A stretch of 64,000 nucleotides of DNA from positions 8,047 through 72,046 of the forward strand of contig CAYUIQ010000010.1 of NCBI GenBank assembly GCA_964444795.1. Reading direction: 5' to 3'. Below are positions 56,052 to 64,000 of this stretch, in pieces. The position numbers were made by a program, and so were the translations under genes. The DNA comes from an uncultured Planctomycetaceae bacterium. Its GTDB lineage: Bacteria > Planctomycetota > Planctomycetia > Pirellulales > Thermoguttaceae. Below the pieces are notes generated by a model that worked only from the letters and a program-made list of their open reading frames with translations, was not told where the DNA came from and searched no databases. Positions within the stretch are counted from its first letter, which is position 1, and each line of letters begins with the position of its first letter.

Positions 56052-57407
56052 ATGAGTTCCAAGCGTATTTTCCTCAGCGAAAACGAGATGCCGACCAAGT
56101 GGTACAATCTGCTGGCCGATCTGCCCGAGCAGTTGCCCCCGCCGTTGCACCCGGGTACGGGCCAGCCGATCGGTCCCGACGACCTGGCGCCGATCTTCCC
56201 GATGTCGTTGATCGCCCAGGAAATGAGCCCCGATCGATGGACCGAAATCCCCGATCCGATACGCGAGGCGCTGGCCATTTGGCGGCCGTCGCCGTTGGTT
56301 CGGGCGACCGGTCTGGAGAAGGCGCTGAAAACGCCGGCGAGAATCTACTACAAGGACGAAAGCCACAGCCCCCCGGGCAGCCACAAGCCCAACACGGCGA
56401 TTGCCCAGGCCTTTTACAACAAGGAAGCGGGCGTCAAGCGGCTGATCACCGAAACCGGGGCCGGCCAATGGGGTAGCTCGCTGTCCTTTGCTTGCTCGCT
56501 GTTCGACCTGGAGTGCAAGGTCTACATGGTCAAGGTCAGCTACCAACAGAAACCCTACCGCCGATCGATGATGCACGCGTGGGGCGGTTCGGTCACACCC
56601 AGCCCCTCGGAGGAGACCGAGGCCGGCCGCCAGATCCTGGCCGCCGATCCCGACTGTCCGGGCAGCCTGGGGATCGCGATCAGCGAGGCCGTCGAGGCGG
56701 CCGTCAAGGACGACGAGGCGAAGTACTCGCTGGGCAGTGTGTTGAACCACGTCCTGCTGCACCAGACGATCATCGGCCTGGAAGCCGAAGAGCAGATGAA
56801 GATCGCCGCCGACAGCCCCGACATCGTGATCGGATGCGTCGGCGGCGGCAGCAATTACGCCGGGCTGGCCTTCCCTTTCATCCGACGCAAGATCGCCGGC
56901 CAGGACATCCGCTTCGTCGCATCCGAGCCCTGCTGCTGCCCCACCATGAGCCGTGGCCAGTACCGCTACGACTTCGGCGACACGACCCAATTGACCCCGT
57001 TGATCAAGATGTATACCCTGGGTCACAGCTTCATTCCGCCGGGTATCCACGCCGGCGGGCTTCGCTACCACGGCATGGCGCCGGCGGTGAGCCTGGCAAT
57101 CAAGCTGGGATTGATCGAGCCGGTGGCCTACCACCAACTTGAGTGCTTTGACGCGGCCAAATTGTTCGCCGCCACCGAGGGCACGATCCCCGCTCCGGAG
57201 ACCTCGCACGCCATCCGCGCCGCCATCGTCGAGGCCGAGAAGTGCCGCGAGACGGGCGAGGAAAAGTGTATCCTCTTCAACTTCAGCGGGCACGGAATCT
57301 GCGATTTAGGCGCTTACGATAAGTACTTTGCCGGCGAACTGTCCGATTTCGACTATCCCCAAAAGAAGATCGAAGAAGCCATCGCCGAACTGCCCGAGAT
57401 CGACTGA
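56052..57407 (+). CDS. trpB2: TrpB-like PLP-dependent enzyme (tryptophan synthase beta chain 2)
   Basis: [26 protein letters not shown]..., HKPNTA (PLP lysine), GGGSNYAG. This matches the long TrpB2-type N-terminus. Confidence 0.9.
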   Translation: MSSKRIFLSENEMPTKWYNLLADLPEQLPPPLHPGTGQPIGPDDLAPIFPMSLIAQEMSPDRWTEIPDPIREALAIWRPSPLVRATGLEKALKTPARIYYKDESHSPPGSHKPNTAIAQAFYNKEAGVKRLITETGAGQWGSSLSFACSLFDLECKVYMVKVSYQQKPYRRSMMHAWGGSVTPSPSEETEAGRQILAADPDCPGSLGIAISEAVEAAVKDDEAKYSLGSVLNHVLLHQTIIGLEAEEQMKIAADSPDIVIGCVGGGSNYAGLAFPFIRRKIAGQDIRFVASEPCCCPTMSRGQYRYDFGDTTQLTPLIKMYTLGHSFIPPGIHAGGLRYHGMAPAVSLAIKLGLIEPVAYHQLECFDAAKLFAATEGTIPAPETSHAIRAAIVEAEKCRETGEEKCILFNFSGHGICDLGAYDKYFAGELSDFDYPQKKIEEAIAELPEID

Positions 57408-58900
57408 TGAGCAAGAATCTCCTCGCCCTGGACGTCGGCACGCAAAGTGTGCGCGCCGCCGTGGTGACTTCCGACGGCGAGATTCTCGGCATCGGGCAAA
57501 TACCCCATGATGTCGACAGCCCGCATCCCAACTGGGCCCAGCAGCGGCCCGACGATTGGTGGGACGAAACCTGCCGGGCGATCGGCAAGGTGTTGGCCGA
57601 GACGGGCGTTGCCCCCGACTCGATCGCCGCCGTCTGTAGCTGCGGACAGATGCACGGCATGGTGGGGATCGACGAGCAGGGCGCCGTGACCACCGAGTGG
57701 GCTCAACTCTGGTGCGACAAACGGTGTCAAACCCAATGCGAGGAGATTCGCAAGACCCGCGACGAGGCGCAACTGGCCCAAGTGACCGCCAACCCGGTCG
57801 TCCCCTCCTGGACGGCCCTGAAGATCCTCTGGTTCAAGGAGAATCAGACCGACGCGTACGATCGGGCGCGGTGGTTCCTCGTGCCCAAGGACTTCATCAA
57901 CTACCGGCTCTCGGGTGTCGCGGCGACCGACGCCAGCGAGGCCTCCGGTTCGTACCTTTGGGACTGGAAGACCGATACCTACTCGCCGGAGTTGGCCGAC
58001 GTGGTGGGTGTCGATCTGGGGCGATTCGCGCCGGTACATCCCTCGCACGAAGTGATCGGCGCGGTGACCGATGAGGCGGCCAGGCAGACCGGCATACCGG
58101 CCGGAACGTCCGTGGTGGTCGGCGGCGGCGACTTTCCCGTCTCGATGCTCGGGTTCGGTATCGTCGGCGAGGGGCTTGCCTCCGACGTGACCGGCACCAG
58201 CACGCTCTTTGCCATGCATAGCGCCAAGCCGTTGATCCACCCGGCCGTGTTCAATCTGCGCCACGTGGTCGACGGGTGGATTCCTTTCAAGCTACTCGAC
58301 ACGGGCGGGTTGAGCGTCCGCTGGTGCAAGGACCTGATCAGTTCGGCCCGCGACGAGGAACTTTCCTTCGACGCCATGATCGAGATGGCCGCCGCCGTGC
58401 CCGAGGGAAGCGACGGGCTGGTATTCTATCCCTACATGCTGGGCGAACGCCGGCTGGATAACGCCTCGGCCCGGGGCGCTTTCATGGGCGTGACGTTGAA
58501 CCACAAGGCGGGGCATTTCGCTCGGGCGGCCATGGAAGGCGTGGCCCTGGCCGCGGGCATGGACCTGCGGCTGTTCCGAAGCCTGGGCGTCGAGGTCGAT
58601 CGGGTGCTCTGCGTCGGCGGCGGCACGCGCAACGGGCTTTGGAACCAGATCAAGGCCAACGTGTTCGGCATGCCGTTGGAACTGTCCGACGAGCCGGAAG
58701 CCGGGATCAAAGGGGCCGCCATCCTCGCCGCCGCCGGTGTCGGCCTGATCGACGACCCGGCCGCCACGGCGCAAGAACGTCGCGTCTCGGCCGGCAAAAC
58801 GGTCCCTCCGCAATCGGACGGTGTCCGGCGATATCAAGAGGTGCTCGACGAGTACTCGCGCATCTACGAACATCTGCTGGGTTTTTGGCAGGCGGAGTGA
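57407..58900 (+). CDS. FGGY-family carbohydrate kinase (xylulokinase-like)
   Basis: LALDVGTQSVRAAVV N-terminal ATPase motif and GGGTRNGLWNQIKANVFG C-terminal motif. The start overlaps the trpB2 stop by 1 nt. Confidence 0.85.
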   Translation: MSKNLLALDVGTQSVRAAVVTSDGEILGIGQIPHDVDSPHPNWAQQRPDDWWDETCRAIGKVLAETGVAPDSIAAVCSCGQMHGMVGIDEQGAVTTEWAQLWCDKRCQTQCEEIRKTRDEAQLAQVTANPVVPSWTALKILWFKENQTDAYDRARWFLVPKDFINYRLSGVAATDASEASGSYLWDWKTDTYSPELADVVGVDLGRFAPVHPSHEVIGAVTDEAARQTGIPAGTSVVVGGGDFPVSMLGFGIVGEGLASDVTGTSTLFAMHSAKPLIHPAVFNLRHVVDGWIPFKLLDTGGLSVRWCKDLISSARDEELSFDAMIEMAAAVPEGSDGLVFYPYMLGERRLDNASARGAFMGVTLNHKAGHFARAAMEGVALAAGMDLRLFRSLGVEVDRVLCVGGGTRNGLWNQIKANVFGMPLELSDEPEAGIKGAAILAAAGVGLIDDPAATAQERRVSAGKTVPPQSDGVRRYQEVLDEYSRIYEHLLGFWQAE

Positions 58901-58989
58901 GGCGGATCTTCAAACGCACTCACGCCGGTCTATCGCCGAGGAGTCCCGTCAGTCCCCGGCAGAGCCGGGGGCAGAGGGCGAGGGAAGTG

Positions 58990-61293
58990 TCAATCATCCG
59001 GTTCCGCGGCGATCTTCTTATACTTGCCCGTTTGCCAGTTCTTCAGGTCGGAGCAATACCATCGCGAGAAGCGACGGTCGGAGGGTCCGCCGAGGAGGTT
59101 GCTGAAATAGTCGTCGGTGGCCAGATCGGCGACGAAACGGAAGGACGGCACGAAGGTCGTCTCGCGGCCGCCGCTGCGGTAGATTTGTCCTTGATGGATC
59201 GTCGCCCGGCCACCGATGGCGGTGACCGGACCGCGATCGAACCCGAGGAAACGGGGCAACTTCCCGCCGAGCAGCAGATGGCGCAGCATGTACCGTTGGC
59301 CGTGTCCCCAAGGCCGAGGGTCGATCGACAGGGCCCGCTGCGCGACGCACCGGTACAGTTCCTCGCGCGACCGGTCGCCAAACCAGGCGGATTCCCCGGC
59401 GAGCAATACGCGGTCGAAGTTGAGGTAGAAATCGATGAACACGCCCGTCTCGTCGGCAAGATGTTCGACGACGCTTTCTCCAAACCCGCCGCGGCCGAAC
59501 ACCTCTTGGAAAAGCTCGCGATAGAATTCCTCGAAGAGGAAGGCGCCTTGCGAATCGGCCGTGTAACAGCGGTCCCACCGGCGAAGAATCTCGCCACCGG
59601 GCGTGTCCGGCAGCAGCGGTCCGAGAATCTCCATGAACGTCTCGGCCTGCGGAGAGAAGACGTCGAAGTGCATCCGGAACATATCGTCGGGCGTGAAGCT
59701 CCATTTCTTCTTCAGCAATTCGGCGATTCGGTCGGCCCGATAGGCGCCCATGGGCATGTTGATCGGCTCCGCCTTGCCATGGCTGTTGAGATCCTGGTTG
59801 GCCGTGACGAAGAACCCGTTCTTGGGGTTCAGCGATCGGGGGAGTTCCTCGTGCGGGACGAATCCGGTCCAATCGTTCTCTTTCTCCCAGCCAGGTAGCG
59901 GTACCAGACCGCTGGTGCCCGGGCGGCGCCGCGGCAATAGCCCGGACATCTGATAGCCGATATTCCCGTGGCGGTCGGCGAAGACGAAATTCCACGCCGT
60001 TTCCATTTTTCCCAGCGTGTTCATGCCCTCTTCGACGTTCCGGGCATCCCACATCTTGAGGATCTGGCCGATGGACGTTCCGCCCGAACGCTCCGCCGAC
60101 CAGCGCGTGGCCAGGTAATAACCTTCCTGGCTCGGATCGCCGTCCAACACGCCATGGTCGTTCTCAAAGAAGATCCGCTCGACCGGCTCCTTCTTCTTTC
60201 GCCGGATGACTTCGCGTCTTTGGCGAAAGGGTACCCAGTCGTCCGGTTGGCGAAAGTACTTGCCGTCGCGACAGCGTTCGATCCACGAGTCGACGGCGTC
60301 CATGAAGCTGTACGTGGCACCCCAAGCGACGTCAGGATTGCGGCCCACGATCACCCCCGGGCTGCCGGGCATCGAACCGCCGATGGCGTAACGGCCGGCT
60401 GAATGGAGGGCAGTTTCACACCAGACGTTGGGCAACCGGTTGCCTTCCAGGTGCGGATCGTTGCAGAGCATCGGCTTGCCCGAGGCGGTCTTGGTGCCGG
60501 AAAGGACCCAGTTATTCGAGGCGGTCATCCGCGGCACGCCGGTTTGCCAGAGGATGCCGCGGGGAACCACTCGCTCGCCGAGGGTGACCTTCTTCAGCAG
60601 CTCGACGTCGAGCCCCTCCAACAGCCCGGGAAACAGCGATTCGAGTTTTTCCCCGGCAACCCCCGCTTGGACCATCTCGACGAGCAGCCGTTCGATCTCG
60701 GCCTGCGACTGCTGAAGCGTGACGTATCCGACCATTCGGGAAACGGCGATCGTGTCTTCGACTTGCCACGGCTCCGCGCGGTAACCGAGCAGCTTGAATT
60801 CCCAGGGGTATTTCTTTTGCAGGACCGAGTTGACGCCGTCGCGGTAGGCGGCCAGATACTCCCCGGCGTCGTCGGCCAGTTTGTCGATTTCTTCGGTCGT
60901 CTCGGCGGTCCAATTCATGCGGCGAAAGAACGTATCGATACTCAGCGCATCGTCGCTCGAATCGAGCAACTCGCTCACGCGCCCCTGACAGAGGATCCGC
61001 ATGAGCAACATCTGCATGGCACGATCGGTGGCGTGGACAACGCCCTGTGCCCAATAGAGATCCTCCTTGCACTTCGCTTTGACGTGCGGCACGCCGTGCC
61101 GGTCTCGGCGAATGTCGACGCTGCGGGTTTGCGATTCGGGCACGTCGATCACCTCGGCATCGGTTTCCCAGTTTTCCAGGCCGTTTATGCGATCATTGTA
61201 AGCAACCGGCCAAGAAATCGCGACCAGCAGCAGCCCCGGGGGGCTTGCGATGACGGCGATTTTCGCTATCCTGATGGCATCGAAAGCGAACAT
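58990..61293 (-). CDS. penicillin acylase-family Ntn hydrolase (possible acyl-homoserine-lactone or beta-lactam acylase)
   Basis: 767 aa with an N-terminal TM/signal segment and the autoprocessing site ...MTASNNWVLSG (nucleophile Ser of the beta subunit), plus CNDPHL. Confidence 0.9.
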   Translation of the reverse strand: MFAFDAIRIAKIAVIASPPGLLLVAISWPVAYNDRINGLENWETDAEVIDVPESQTRSVDIRRDRHGVPHVKAKCKEDLYWAQGVVHATDRAMQMLLMRILCQGRVSELLDSSDDALSIDTFFRRMNWTAETTEEIDKLADDAGEYLAAYRDGVNSVLQKKYPWEFKLLGYRAEPWQVEDTIAVSRMVGYVTLQQSQAEIERLLVEMVQAGVAGEKLESLFPGLLEGLDVELLKKVTLGERVVPRGILWQTGVPRMTASNNWVLSGTKTASGKPMLCNDPHLEGNRLPNVWCETALHSAGRYAIGGSMPGSPGVIVGRNPDVAWGATYSFMDAVDSWIERCRDGKYFRQPDDWVPFRQRREVIRRKKKEPVERIFFENDHGVLDGDPSQEGYYLATRWSAERSGGTSIGQILKMWDARNVEEGMNTLGKMETAWNFVFADRHGNIGYQMSGLLPRRRPGTSGLVPLPGWEKENDWTGFVPHEELPRSLNPKNGFFVTANQDLNSHGKAEPINMPMGAYRADRIAELLKKKWSFTPDDMFRMHFDVFSPQAETFMEILGPLLPDTPGGEILRRWDRCYTADSQGAFLFEEFYRELFQEVFGRGGFGESVVEHLADETGVFIDFYLNFDRVLLAGESAWFGDRSREELYRCVAQRALSIDPRPWGHGQRYMLRHLLLGGKLPRFLGFDRGPVTAIGGRATIHQGQIYRSGGRETTFVPSFRFVADLATDDYFSNLLGGPSDRRFSRWYCSDLKNWQTGKYKKIAAEPDD

Positions 61294-61362
61294 TCAGCGG
61301 GGGGGTTCCGTCGAAACCCGGAGAACCGCCTCCTCACGTTCACCCGAGAAGGAGTTCACGAA

Positions 61363-61863
61363 ATGGCCACCCAAGAAAACCTCCAGGCGGCGTTTGCCGG
61401 TGAAAGTCAAGCGAATCGGAAGTATCTGGCCTTTGCCGCCAAGGCCGACGCTGAGGGATTTTCCCAGATTGCCAAGCTATTTCGTGCCGCCGCCGCCGCG
61501 GAGACGGTCCACGCCCATGCCCATCTGGCCGTGCTGAAGGGCGTCGGGGGTACGGCCGAGAATCTCCAGGCGGCGATCGCCGGCGAGGCCTTCGAGTTTC
61601 AGCAAATGTATCCGAAGTTTCTCGACGAAGCGAAAACCGAGGGCAATCAGGCGGCCGTGGCCTCCTTCCGCAACGCCATGCCCGTGGAAGAGATTCACCA
61701 CGGACTCTATCAAGAAGCCCTCGATTCGCTCCAGGGCGGCGGCGATCTGCCGGGGAGTGCCATCCACGTCTGCGAGATCTGCGGCAACACGGTCGTCGGC
61801 GACGCCCCGGACAACTGCTCCGTCTGTGGTGCGCCGAAGGCACGGTTCAGCGAAGTGGCGTAA
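61363..61863 (+). CDS. rubrerythrin
   Basis: MATQENLQAAFAGESQANRKY diiron four-helix-bundle motifs (E..H) and a C-terminal rubredoxin-like CEICGN...CSVCGAP. GAAGGAG SD upstream. The long track ORF upstream is spurious. Confidence 0.9.
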   Translation: MATQENLQAAFAGESQANRKYLAFAAKADAEGFSQIAKLFRAAAAAETVHAHAHLAVLKGVGGTAENLQAAIAGEAFEFQQMYPKFLDEAKTEGNQAAVASFRNAMPVEEIHHGLYQEALDSLQGGGDLPGSAIHVCEICGNTVVGDAPDNCSVCGAPKARFSEVA

Positions 61864-61880
61864 ACCGTTTCGTATGGCGA

Positions 61881-63707
<1,827 letters not shown>

Positions 63708-64000
63708 GGGAACACAGGGCGGGGGTCGTGGGGGAAGGAAAGCCTTGTATTATAGCACGCGGCACCCGCCAGGGGTAAGAGGTTGTCGGGCCAAAGTGTC
63801 GAAACACGGTTTCGAGGAACCCAAAAACTACCCGGCTGAAGATAGACGCCCCAAACGAACCGCCGGCCGTGCCGAATTGCCCTTGCCGCGCGACGCTCCT
63901 AGAATTCCCCGGAACAAAAACCCACATTCCCAATAGAAGGAATTACGACTTATGCTCAACGAAGGTATCATCGTCAACAATTCGGCGGCCCTGGTGAAGT

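Overview
This is a high-GC bacterial chromosomal window; 60-nt lines I counted in core genes are about 62% GC. It is most consistent with Planctomycetota: a DUF1559 (H-X9-DG type) C-terminal domain, a sulfatase, many HEAT/TPR/MORN-variant repeat lipoproteins, TrpB2, and very long spurious antisense ORFs. I support about 50 protein genes. Housekeeping and metabolic genes include ppdK, glycine-tRNA ligase, typA/bipA, lexA, two divergent glgC paralogs, lutABC, trpB2, an FGGY kinase, rubrerythrin and a penicillin-acylase homolog. Transport genes are a ribose-type sugar ABC operon and a BtuFCD/FecBCD-type ABC operon. Signalling genes are a hybrid PAS/GAF histidine kinase and an NtrBC-like pair. Three lower-GC accessory patches stand out. 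(i) 11.2-13.4 kb is a tightly packed three-gene operon with no recognisable domains. (ii) 33.4-36.4 kb is a 2.5-kb insert carrying a TPR lipoprotein and an MqsR/MqsA-like toxin-antitoxin pair, bracketed by a ~294-bp direct duplication of the ppdK 3' end plus terminator. (iii) 44.9-48.3 kb, just downstream of lexA, holds a repeat-flanked SAM methyltransferase and a two-gene cassette whose second protein reads like a stand-alone minimal nucleotidyl-cyclase (palm) domain. Several families of palindromic or MITE-like intergenic repeats are present. I recognised no rRNA, tRNA, CRISPR array, transposase or integrase. All functional calls come from motif reading of the supplied translations; no database search was run.
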